64,000 nt of DNA from Callorhinchus milii (lineage: Eukaryota): NCBI RefSeq assembly GCF_018977255.1, contig NW_024704742.1, positions 15,688,001-15,752,000 on the forward strand. The letters are read 5' to 3'. Below the pieces are notes generated by a model, which worked only from the letters and a program-made list of their open reading frames with translations, was not told the DNA's origin and searched no databases. The translations under genes were made by a program, and so were the position numbers. Below, one piece after another: positions 36,673 to 48,536 of the stretch (positions within the stretch are counted from its first letter, which is position 1; every line of letters starts with the position of its first letter).

Positions 36673-38714
36673 ATTGATAAGGGGTTACTGATTTCTATAT
36701 GAAAAATATTTCAAAAGTTCAAGCTAATTATTAATAACATGTAGATTTTTTAAAAACATCATTAATATAAGTCCTGCAGAATACTTAACATTTTGAAAGA
36801 AAAGTTTCGCAATATAATTTCCTCACATAATCTATCAGTCCTCGCCAGTCTCACTTTCCTTACCTTGAGTAAAACTTGGAAGCTCCACAAGGTTCTCTTA
36901 GATAATTGTTGTTTGGTACATATTTGAGAAAAGCTCCTGAGACACTGATAGCAGGAAATAACATTCAAAACAGAGCAATAGCAATATTATTATTAAGCAC
37001 TTGAAAATGACTTTGTCATTTATTGCTGGTACTTTATTTGATGGGAGGCAGCGGAAATCAGCTTCTCAATCCGTTTAACTGGTATTTCGGTGACATATGT
37101 GGATAATGAATGTAGCTGACTGGAATTCTTTGAGTGAATTTTTGAGGAAATTACTGGAACATAGTCTGGACTTTTGCTTTGTATTTCCCTTTGGCAAGCT
37201 CAGCAGTTATCTCAATGAGAAAAACATGTTCTCTTGGTTTTCTTCATGAAGCAGACTACATAATGGTTCATGCCTGATATTTTCAGCTGTGCTTCAAAGC
37301 ATATGATGCACATTAAAAAGGAAAAAATTGAAATATCCCAGGTTAGTATTGGAAAGTCATGTGGAAAAGTAATAATGCATTTTTTACACTCTTTTGTCCC
37401 CTTTTTTAGATCTCTCTGGTTCCATGGACCATTCGCCAAATAAAAAGTTGGATAACTATTTCCATGGCCCTGGTATTGCTGGTACATAACTTGTCATGGT
37501 GGCTATCATGGTGTGCTGGCTTCTACTTCCTGATCATTCAAATTGACTTGTAAAATTGGCTACTCATATCGCTGTTTGATGGTTGTGGCTGACATAAATT
37601 AGCAGTCACTCTGCCTCCATACCAACACTCACATCACTGCTAATCTCAGTACGTACCGCGCTGACGTGGCTTTCGGTTATTTTCCCTCTCCTCACCCCCT
37701 CAGTTCTCACCCACAGCTTCAGTGCCAAGTCTGAATCATCAGTTCTTTGGGGTATCTTCCCGAAGTGAAAGTTGCTACATAAGTGTGAATTGTATTGTAT
37801 AATCAATCTCATGCTGCAAGGCATTTCAACAAGTCTCTTTTAAATATGAAAGGCATTGGACAAACGTAACTCAATGTGACTGAGCCCTGTTCATGTCTTC
37901 CTAATGACCTCACTGCTCAGAGTGTCCCAGTTACTCATTTCCCACAAGCCAATGTGTTGAAAATGTGGAAACATTTGGGGGAGACTGCAGGAATTATCTG
38001 ACTCATCAGTCCATTGTAGTAACTCCTTCCTCCCAAGAGCCATCTGATAATATACTGCTACAAGGTCAATACATTCAAGAAAGGTAGGCCGCAGGTCAGT
38101 TAATAACTGGAGAAAACCTGACATTTTTCTAAAAAAAATTGTCAACTGGGTGTCTGACACATGTGTAAACCCAGCACCGTACTTGAGTGTATCCAAACGA
38201 AGCTTAGAATTCCACGCATCCCACCTGCACATGGAAATTCCAGAGAAAGATTGTTGGAATGGAATGTGCTCTCTCCCTGTTTACCTAATTCCAGAAAACA
38301 TTAGGTGCAGGTTGGCGAGAGCCAAGGCTTGGGGACCCCATAGTGTGTGTTAGGGTACTGCTAGAGTCAGTTAAACCCACATAGCTTGATATTGATATTG
38401 CTGTCTGGCAAACTTTTCCACTACTTGCCCATCCAGGACCATCCTACCCGGTAGGGCCTTGGCTTGCAGGGTTAACAGGATCTGAGTGGGATAATTCAAC
38501 AGCAACATCTCAAAAACAACAGCTTGCATTGATATAGCGCCTGTCATACAAACTAGCATCTTGGAGCGCTTAAAATCTTGCTTGCTCGTGATCTTGCTTG
38601 CTTTTCGTTGATTCAGTTAAAAATTCCCTCAGCGTAAACCATCTAACAGATTTTTGCAGTTTCCAATGGTGACGGCAAGGCCAAATAGCTGGCACCCTCA
38701 TGGTCAGCAAATAC

Positions 38715-38975
38715 ATTAGATGTTAAACCAAGGTCCTGTTTACCTTTAAATATCCCATGTCACTATTCGCAAAGATGTTCTGGCCAACAATCCCCCAGAT
38801 AACAAATTAATCATTCACTTCACGTCTTTTTGTGGGACATTGCTGTGCGCAAATTGGATGTTGCGTTCGTCTACAAAAATCTACCATCACTACACTTTAC
38901 AGTAAATCTTGTAAAGCACTTTAGAGTCATCTGACTGATGTGAAAGGCTCCACATCAAATTACTGTTAATATTAT
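38715..38975 (+). mobile_element. Old Deu-domain SINE fragment
   Basis: AGATGTTAAACCAAGGTCCTG...ATCCCATGTCACTATTCG...GTGGGACATTGCTGTGCGCAAATTGG. Confidence 0.65.
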
Positions 38976-40365
38976 GACCCTTCTCTTCTCTGATACATTC
39001 ACACTCCAGCCCTCGGGATATCGTTTGAAAACAGAGCAATTACATGTTGAAAATTTACCTTGCTGCAACCCAGACCACATTTGTGACTCAACCACATCCA
39101 TTTCCTTCTCACCACTCCTCATCACCACCCACAGTTACTAGCTAAATCTAAAGAATCCAAAAGAATAATTTATATTGACGCTTATCCTACAAGTACTTGT
39201 TTAACCCCATTGATTACATTTCATTTCTACAGTGCCTGTGAGTGATGGAACTGGTTTGATAACTGAGCTACTGGTACCTAAGACGCCCACTCTATGATAG
39301 TTTGCATGGCTTTTGCATCACAATAACTGCTCCTCGTCCCATTGAAAAAGAACAGAAACCTGTGATGTTTAATTTTGGGTGTTTTTTTTCCTCAAACCCA
39401 GAACCAGAATATGATGGGAGAATTGCATCATTTCTGAATCTTATGTTGAATTAACTTCACCCTGAAGCTACCTGTACTAGAAATACAAAATCTAGCTGAA
39501 ATCTCATAAACCTGACAGCCACACCACTTAGTAGATCATTATTATACAGCTATGAAAATGTGCAATTGTTATGCATCTAATATTAGTCCTACACTCCTAC
39601 TGAAATTATTACCGTTACATCTCACTAAACACCCATCTTCTACAATTCTAATTATCTATAATAAACCATTAATATGACTGGTAATTTTTTTTAGGTGATA
39701 TTTGAGATCAGACAATTGTCTTTAATTAATACTTTCATTTAATGACAGCATGACTCATGCTACCAACTGTGGTGACTACTGTTGAATTTTGGTTAAAGAG
39801 AAGGTAAATGTTGATGTGCAGTAACTACTTACTCAAACAAAACCTTAAAGGGTTTAATTCAATTTTTTTGAATATCTGTGTTGACAGCAAGTACACAAAA
39901 CCTGATATTCACCTATTCACCCTTTAACATTACAGAGTGCATTGGGTTAAAATAGCAAGTGAGAAGCAGTGCAAAGAATTGATCCATACAGTCTCTTAAT
40001 AAATATTCAGTGCATTAAATTTCTTTTGAGACTGATTGCGGACTAATGCATTTTAAATAGACAAAAGGTTTATCCGCTTTGTTTGCAATTGTTCTTTAAT
40101 CCAAACTTTGAACGTTGGTATGTTGTTCTCACAATGTACAGTGTATGATACAGTTTAAGTACTGCAGCAGATGTTGTAGTGGGGAGTGAACTTTGCTGAG
40201 TGACTCGTAGTTCGTCCTGACAACAGGCACAGCTACATGCAGTATTTTACTGGCTGTGATGCCATTCCACTGTTGGGAGAATTGGTTTATATTGTGTCAC
40301 TATCTTGTGTGTTGGTGAGCTGTATAGGAATTGTTGCTTATGTGCCAGTAATCTGCAGACAGTAG

Positions 40366-40686
40366 AATAATAATAATAATCCTTGCATTTGATATAGCGC
40401 TTTTCACGTCGGGAGGACGTCCCAAAGCGCTTCACAGAACACACTGTAAAGTGAATTGACTGTATATTTGTGGGCGAACACGGCAGCCAATTGCGCACAG
40501 CAATGTCCCACAAACAGTCGTAGATTGAAAATAACCAATTTTTATTATTGTTTTTGGTTTTTGGAGGGATTATTATTAGGCGTGTGGCGTAAGGAAACTT
40601 GCCCAAGGTTTCGCCCTCTGCCTGGAATTGAACTCAGGTCTCTCACTTGCAAAGCGAGTGCTCTAACCACTGAGCTACAGGACTCC
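40366..40686 (-). mobile_element. tRNA-Ala SINE, young subtype, full length
   Basis: Near-identical to the other young copies; AGAATAA on both sides as probable TSD. Confidence 0.92.
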
Positions 40687-40969
40687 ACAAGAATAAGAAT
40701 GGGGACCAGAATTTGTAGAGTCAGACTCTGGAAGGGGACAGTCCTATACCAATGGACATAAATAGATTGGATCTTTTGACATGTCCAAAACATGTGGAAA
40801 GTTGTACCCTCTCCAACGCATCATTCTGCTAAGGCTTTAAGGTTTTGTTTGCGTAACAGGAAACAGGGTGATACGGTCAAATATTAATCATCATAAATAT
40901 CTGTGCCTTTATTAAGCTATGGTGAGCAATAGCAGCAACTTAACATCAGGAAGTAGAGAAAGTTTCAGC

Positions 40970-41360
40970 TTGTCTCAGTTGGTAGCACTTTTATCTCTGG
41001 GTCAGAGGGTTACAATTCCTGACTCGGGGGTTTAATGTGGGGACTTGGAATCACAGAGTCTAAGCTGACACTCCAATGCACCACTGGTGTTGCATTGTCA
41101 AAGTCCTTCAGATGAGATGTTAAACTGCCTGTTCAGATGGATTTTAAAGGTTCCATGGCACTATTTGAAAAGAGAAAGGAGTTTCTACTAGTGTCCTGAA
41201 CAACAATTCCCCAAATTGTGGGACATCGCTGTGCACAACTGACTGCTGTGTTTCGCTCACAAAATACACAATCAATTTACAGTATATCCTGTGAAGTGCT
41301 TTGAGATGTCTCAACAACGTGATAAGGCACCATAAGAAATGCAAAACATATTATTATTTT
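40970..41360 (+). mobile_element. Old Deu-domain SINE
   Basis: CTCAGTTGGTAGCAC head, CAGATGAGATGTTAAAC...CCATGGCACTATTTGAAAAGAG core, L2-type tail. Confidence 0.75.
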
Positions 41361-43366
41361 GAACACATAGATTCACATAGGTTAATTTGCCTTCTGACTG
41401 TTTGTAGATCTTTCTTACTGTGCTATGCAAATTAGACTGCTGGATCCACCAAGAAGCATGCACTCACTATACTTAACAGAAATTATTGTGAAGCTCTTTG
41501 AGGTGTTTCAACATGATAAGCCTTGATAGCAAATTCAAGGATTATTAAAGGGAGGGTATCCATTAGGTGACAGACAGCCTGGGCATCTCTCCTGTACTTA
41601 CTGCAGTAAATAATCACAGCCATGTTTGTCATCAGCCTGGGAGAAAATGATCTGCCTGTTCTCTCAGCTGTGTAAGTTGAGGAATGGTGCAGGGTCCTTA
41701 AATAATCAGGAAAAGCAACTGAAGAAACAAAATAGTAATACAATTGATTGAAATATGCAAATTGGAAAAGCTTTTATCTGAGGTCAAATGAGTCACTCTT
41801 ATTAGCAGAAACAATCTCTGACGGTTAATGCAGACTTCATTTGGTTACTTGCCTTAGTTAAAAGACTTCATGATATCCCATGGCATTTTTCATTGTTTAG
41901 AAACGAAACACAATAAATCTTAGTTCAGGCCACCACCAACATGACAAAGAGGAACTATGGTAAGTCAGCCCAGGGAAACAATTAGACTACAAAAACCTAC
42001 ATTTATTTGAGTGCCCTTCATGTGAGAGAAACATCTCAAAGCATTTTACAAAATGAGACTAATTAGAAATGAGGTGTATAGTGAAGATTGTTATGAAAAT
42101 AATCAGTTGTTGTAATCACACAACAGTTAATTTGCACCAGCAATGTCATGCAGACAACAATGAAGTGTGAAGCCAATTAACTTGAATGTTTACATTAATT
42201 TGGATGAGAGAGGTAAGACAAGATCTCTGGGAACAAAAATCTTATGGTTCAGGGGTTTGGGGAAAGGGCAAGTAAATGGGATTAAATTGGATTTGGTTTC
42301 AAAAGAGTCAGCACAGACATAATGGGCCGAATGGTCTTCTCTGTTACATAAATGTCTATAGATCACTTTGGAGTGCAGGGGAAGGGGCGGGTGGAGAGAG
42401 GGAAGGAGTTGATTAGAAATCGTGTAGGACTGGACTTTGTCAGGTGCTGAACCAGAGCAGAATAAAATGTTAGGGGTTTCTAAACATCCTGCGGCTGCCC
42501 CTAGCAGAGAAACCTAGAGCACTTGGTAACACATCTAGCAATTAGTGCTCTTAATTTCCCCGTGGAAAATACTGCACAAGCAAATTAAGCCAATCAGCGA
42601 TTTGCCGCGTTATTTAAACTACTTGTCTAAAGCAATCAAGGTTCATCACATCCTAGCTACGTGGTGAGTTTTGAACCCATGCTGCTCAAGAGACTGCCTT
42701 AACAAAACAGATTGCCTGAGCTTTCTACCTTAAGCAAACCCCCTTGACTTGCACTGAAAGTGAATATAATAAGGGAGGCTTGCAGAAAGGTGGGAGTATA
42801 ATAAAGTTCTTCTAAAGAGCTTGCTTATTGATGAAATATGTTTAAACCTGAAGTGTAATATGTTGTTGTAAATATTCAATCCTTGCTAACTTGACTATTG
42901 TCTGGTGATAACCATGAATAAATGCTGAATTGATTGAAGTCTGAGAGAATGTCATATTTATGGATAAGAGCTCCTGAGGTACGAACCTTATTGGCTCAAA
43001 GTTATTCACTGACCTCCGGAGGTAACAAAGTGACCTCAAAATAGAGAGAAGGTGCTATATGAAGGTACCACTTACTGAACAGCATCAACTTGCACTCTGC
43101 CTGTAGGGTTCACTTGCAGTTTTTAAAGTCTAAAGTTTGGGTTTGATTTGCAGTTTTGTGGGTCTGAAAGGTAATTATCAAATATTTGAAACCAAAAACA
43201 TAAATCGGTATGGGGAAAGAGGTAAGATAATGGTAAGATAATAATGATAATTAAACTGATAGCTTTTTCATTCAAAGAGGCAGCACAGGCATCATGCATT
43301 GATTGACCTTTTTCTGGGCTGACAAATTCTGATTCTGATTACAATTCACGTACCACTGAATTAAGT

Positions 43367-44964
43367 GGAGTCCTGTAGTTCAACAACAACAACAACAAGA
43401 TTACATTTGTATAGCGTCTTTCATATCAGGAGGACGTCCCAAGGTGCTGGACAGTGTATAGCATTTCAGACCCGAGCTGGGGTCAGGTGGGGAGAAGGGA
43501 GAGGAGGGGAAGGGCCGATGGCATGGTCGAAGAGGAGGGTCTTAAGGCGGGACTTGAAGGAGGCTAAGGAGGGGGCGAGGCAGAGTAATTGAGGGATGGA
43601 TTTCCAGAGGTTGGGGGCAGAGTGGCTGAAGGCTCTCCCACCAATGTTAGGGTGTGTGGGTTGGGGGACGTGGAGCAGCCCGGAGCTGGCTGAGCGGAAG
43701 GAGTGGGCGGGTTGGTAGGGGGTTAGGAGGACACAGAGGTAGGGTGGGGCGAGGCCATGGAGGGCTTTGTAGGTGAGGATCAGAATCTTGAACTGGATCC
43801 TCTGAAGGATAGGGAGCCAATAGAGTCGGGCGAGAATGGGGGAGATGGGGTCACGGAGTTTGGTGCGGGAGAGGATACGGGCTGCAGTGTTCTGGATTAT
43901 CTGCAGCCTGTGGAGGCAAGAGCTGGGAAGGCCGACAAGTAGGGCGCTTGCATAGTCGAGCATGGAGATGATGAAGGCATGAACAAGAGTTTCAGCGGCC
44001 TGAGGGTTGAGGTCGTGGCAGAGTCGGGCGATGTTAGGGAGGTGAGGGAAGGCAGAACAGGTCATGGCTTGGATGTGGGGAAGAAAAGTTGAGGGTCGAA
44101 CAAGACACCGAGGTCCCTGACTGGCTTGGTGAGTTGTAGTGTGCAACCATGGAGGTTGAGGCTGCCAGAGCCTGAGGTGCAGAGGCGCGGGCACGAGCCA
44201 ATCAGGAGGACCTCAGTCTTGTTCACATTCAACTGTAGGAAATTTCCCCTCATCCAGGACTTGATGTCCGACAGGCAGTCTGTCAGGACAGCAGTGGTCC
44301 TGGAGTTGAGGGTGGAGGCAGAAAGATAAGAGTTGGGTGTCATCCGCATACGTAGGGAAGCTGACTCCATGTCTGCGGATGAATTCACCAAGGGGGAGCA
44401 TGTAGATATTAAAGAGGAGAGGACCGAGGATTGAGCCCTGGGGGACGCCAGACATGACAGTGCGGGGGCTGGAGGAGAAACTGTTAGAGTCCACAAAGTG
44501 GAGATGGTGAGAGAGGTAGGAATCGAACAAGGCAAGGGCGGGTCTGCGAAGATTAAATAAAGAGGAGGCGGTGTATGAGGATGGAGTAGTCGACTGTGTC
44601 GAATGCGGCAGAGAGGTCGAGGAGGACAAGGAGGCAGAGGGAGCCCTGATCACAGATGTTCAGAATCAGTGGTTAGAACACTCACCTCGCAAGCGAGAGA
44701 CCTGGGCTCGATTCCCAGCAGGACAAAATGTTGGGCAAATTTCCTTACTCACACGTCTGATAATAATCCCTCAAGAAAAAAACCAATAATAAAAAATTGG
44801 TCACTCAATCCACGACTGTTTGTGGGACACTGCTGTGCACAATTGGCTGCTGCATTTCGCTCACAAATATACAGTCAATTCACTTTACAGTATATTCTGT
44901 GAAGCATTTGAGATGTCTAGAAGAAAAGTGCTGCATCAAATGCAAGGATTATTATTATTATTAT
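43367..44964 (+). mobile_element. tRNA-Ala SINE (43367-43382 plus 44666-44964) split in its A box by an L2
   Basis: GGAGTCCTGTAGTTCA ... TCAGTGGTTAGAACAC rebuilds the head; TCA is duplicated. Confidence 0.85.
43381..44665 (-). mobile_element. L2 LINE, 5'-truncated
   Basis: GVPQGSILGPLLFNIYMLP...YADDTQL; LQIIQNTAAR...LYWLP; (TTG)n tail. Confidence 0.92.
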
Positions 44965-45432
44965 TACAACAGCACTCGAGTGCACTGGTGATGACAGCCC
45001 AGCCTAGTTCATCAGTAGGACTAGGAAAGGCAGATGAGCCAATGAGGGCAAGGATTCTTTCCACTGAGCTCCTATTAACCCTGCAAGCCAAAGCAATAAT
45101 GGGTAAGCTGGTTCCAGATGGACAAACAGTGGGAAAGCTTTCAATGGCAAGCTATGTGGTTCCAGCTGGTCAGACTCCAGAATCACCCTAATGGACACTC
45201 TGGTGTCCACGAGCCTTGGCTTTTGCCAACCTGTGCCTGATCTAATAATTAGGTAAGGAGGATGCATCCCTCCAAGAGAAAGAGTGTGCATTCCATTCCA
45301 ATGAATATCTCAGGAATTGTCATGCATAGGTGAGAATGCATGGAACTCACAGTTTGGTTGGCATATTAAGCATGTGATGGGTGCATGTCAGCAGACACCT
45401 GAATGTACAAAGAAAATGCAGCTTGTAAGGTT

Positions 45433-45738
45433 ATAATAATAATAGTAATAATAATCCTTGCATTTGATATAGTACTTTTCACATCTTCTAGACATCTCAA
45501 AGTGCTTCACAGAATATACTGTAAAGTGAATTATCTGTATGTTTCTGGGTGTAACATGGCAGCATTGTCCCACAAACAGTCGTGGATTGAAGTGGCCAAT
45601 TTTATTATTTTTCTTCTTAAGGGATTATTATCACGCGTGTAGAGTAAGGAAACTTGCCCAAGGTTTTGCCCTGCCAGGAATCGAACCCAAGTCTCCTGCT
45701 TGCAAGGTGAGTGCTATAACCACTGAGCTACAGGACTC
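45433..45738 (-). mobile_element. tRNA-Ala SINE (TAGAA-loop subtype)
   Basis: Family head GGAGTCCTGTAGCTCAGTGG and (ATT)n tail. Confidence 0.88.
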
Positions 45739-46717
45739 CAAGTTAAATAGCATTCTTTACTTCAGCAGTTTGCCTGGACAAGGAAAGCACAGAGAGAATC
45801 TTTGTAGAGATTTTGGGCTGTGTGGAGACTATTATTAAGCAGGTCATACATGATCTGTTTAAGGAGAAGGCTTGATGGGCCAAATGTTTTTCTTGTACTA
45901 TTGATTAAGACATTTCTATATCACAATCAAGAGATATGAACACTTTTCAGAATCATGTTCTTCATCAGGGGAATGTGTTAAGGTGCCGCTGCATCTGTAC
46001 CAACACTATTTTAGTGCCACAAGCCTTGAACTTGCAATACAAACAATCACCTAGCAGTGAAGAATCTGATTTCAGTCTCGGGAGTTGCTGCAGTAAGTTA
46101 ATGATTCTATTTTTATTGTGTTGCTCTTAGTTGTCATGGAGAATTCATTCGTCTGATTATTATAATTTTCTACGAATAGCTGGTGAAAGCACAGTATCTT
46201 CTTGAGGAGAACTTTTTTATTTATGATGTTTCTTGCATGAATGTAATGTTCAGTCAGGCTTTTATCAACTGCAGGAGCTGTTTTGGTGGCTGTCGGCTTG
46301 TGCAGTATTTGGAAGTTGATGACAGCAGGATATCTCGGAGAGTTTTATACTCATTTGCTTTTCCTTCTTCAATTGTAATGTTGTTCCCCCTTTAGTAATG
46401 TTACCTTTAAAAGAAATGTCTTCAAAGTCCGGCAACCCAATATGAAGATTCACATTGTTATGACATATTTTTGATGTATTTATGTCAGTTGGATGGTTGG
46501 GTGCATATAAAAGGATGTTCTTGAATAAATGTTTTTGCCCATCTACCTTCAGTTTGTCTGCTTCACTGATAACTGAAAAGTTTTAAGAGTTTTTTAAGCC
46601 AATTCAATCAAAATGTTAAAATGAAAGATGCTCAGCAGTAACCCTGCAATATTATTTACATTTCTGAATGGGGAAAATGCAAAATGCATTTGTTGTTTTG
46701 GAGAAACAAACCTGGAG

Positions 46718-47076
46718 AAAAACGCTAAGATGCATTTGCATTTGAGTTACAAAGTTATAAGTTCATGCTCCATATTGGGACTTTGAGCTCACAATCTAGG
46801 CTGACATTCCAATTTTGTGCTGAGGTCTGCCGTATTGTGGAAAATCCTGTCCTTTATTTGCCTGAAACCATGGTCAAAGCCTTAAGGTGTGCTTTAAAAA
46901 CGCTAAATGCACTTGCATTTGAGTTACAAAGTTATAAGTTCATGCTCCATATTGGGACTTTGAGCTCACAATCTAGGCTGACATTCCAATTTTGTGCTGA
47001 GGTCTGCCGTATTGTAGAAGATCCTGTCCTTTATATGCCTGAAACCATGGTCAAAGCCTTAAGGTGTGCTTTAAAA
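46718..47076 (+). repeat. Tandem duplication, 2 x ~178 bp
   Basis: AAAACGCTAA...GTGCTTTAAAA repeated, CGCT at 46723 and 46901, with few mismatches. Confidence 0.95.
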
Positions 47077-47573
47077 GTGGGCAGGAAGCGAGCAAGGTAG
47101 AGGGTCTCTGGAATGGAGTTTCAGAGAATGGGGTCAGAAAACTTTGTATTGTCATAATCCTTGCATTTAATATCGCTCCTTTTCACATCATTAAAACATC
47201 TCAAAGAGCTTCAAGGATTTTCTGTACAGTTTAGTGACTGTGTCGTTGGTAGATAATCATGTCAGTCAATGTGCACACAGCAATGTCCTACACACAAACA
47301 TGAAGTGTACATAATGTCTGCCTACCAAATCCAGCTTTTGCATTTTACAGTAAAATTCTGTGAAATGCTTTGAGATGTTTTGATGACGTGATAAGGTGCT
47401 ATGTCAAATGCAAAAATTATTTAATGCAATACCCAATGAGCATTCCAGTTATAGTGCAGTTTAAAATGAAAAGACCACATCAGTAATTTTAAATTAAAAC
47501 ACATTTCATAATCCCCACAGTGTCACATAAGACACTGGTCACTTCGTTCTAAAAATGAATGAAACTGAAGCTT

Positions 47574-47846
47574 GGAGTCCTGCAGCTCAATGGTTAGAGC
47601 GCTTGCCTTGCAAGCGAGACACCTGGGTTCAATTCCAGGCAGGGCGACACCTTGGGCAAGTTTCCTTACTCCACACGCCTAATAATAATCCCTCCAAAAC
47701 AAAACAATAATAAATTGGTCATTTTCAATCCACGTTTCGCCCATAAATATACAGTCAATTCACTTTACAGCATATTCTGTGAAACGCTTTGAGACGTCTA
47801 GAAGAGGTGAGAAGTGCTACATCAAATGCAAGGATTATTATTATTA
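47574..47846 (+). mobile_element. tRNA-Ala SINE with a short internal deletion
   Basis: GGAGTCCTGCAGCTCAATGGTTAGAGC head; ACGTCTAGAAGAGGT tail. Confidence 0.88.
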
Positions 47847-48340
47847 AATTTGGATTGAATTTAAACCATTTGTATTTTTCCTCCTTTTTGTCACAGAGCT
47901 ATGGAAAACCTTTACCCTTATGACTAGAGATGTCGTTAAATATACACAAGAGGTTAAAATTAGTTTCCCTTTTATTAGGAAATACTGTGGTTATAAATTT
48001 TGATGTTGAAATAAATGCTGGTATTTATTGGGTCTCTATTTGGAACATGTAAACTGCAATTGCCCTACTTTGACCTAGACTGAACCTCCAGTTGGGAAGT
48101 GCTCCATTGTCAAGTGTTGTATTTTGGTTGAGATGTTAACCTGAATTCCTGTCAGCCTGTTCTTATATATCCCATGGAAAAAGAGATGGAAGTATTTATT
48201 GCTTTACCAATAAGAATCCTTATTCACCTCATGGCACCTCACTGTGTTCAAAATGGGTGTTGTATTTGCCTACATATGTAATTTGCGATGAAACATGTTG
48301 GTAATTACTCTAAAGTGTGTTAAGGTGTTTTGGCATATGA

Positions 48341-48453
48341 CACCTCCACCTCCTCGGGGGGGCCCCACCTTCTCCTCAGGGGGCCACCCACCTTCTCCTT
48401 GGGGTCCACCCACCTTCTCCTCGGGGGCCCCCCACTTCCTCCTCGGGGGGGCC
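48341..48453. repeat. GC-rich minisatellite, about 5 x 21-23 bp (CCACCTTCTCCTCGGGGGCC-like)
   Basis: Directly visible repeated units. Confidence 0.85.
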
Positions 48454-48536
48454 ATTCACTTCACAGCTGTTGTGGGATATTGCTTTGCTTAAATTGGCTG
48501 CCCTGTTCTCATACAAAATACCTCCACCCCCAACTC

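Noticed and set aside
46765..47100. Repeat protein ORF
   Set aside because: Product of a tandem DNA duplication of SINE-derived sequence
48341..48453. CRISPR-like array
   Set aside because: Eukaryotic context, no unique spacers; simple minisatellite
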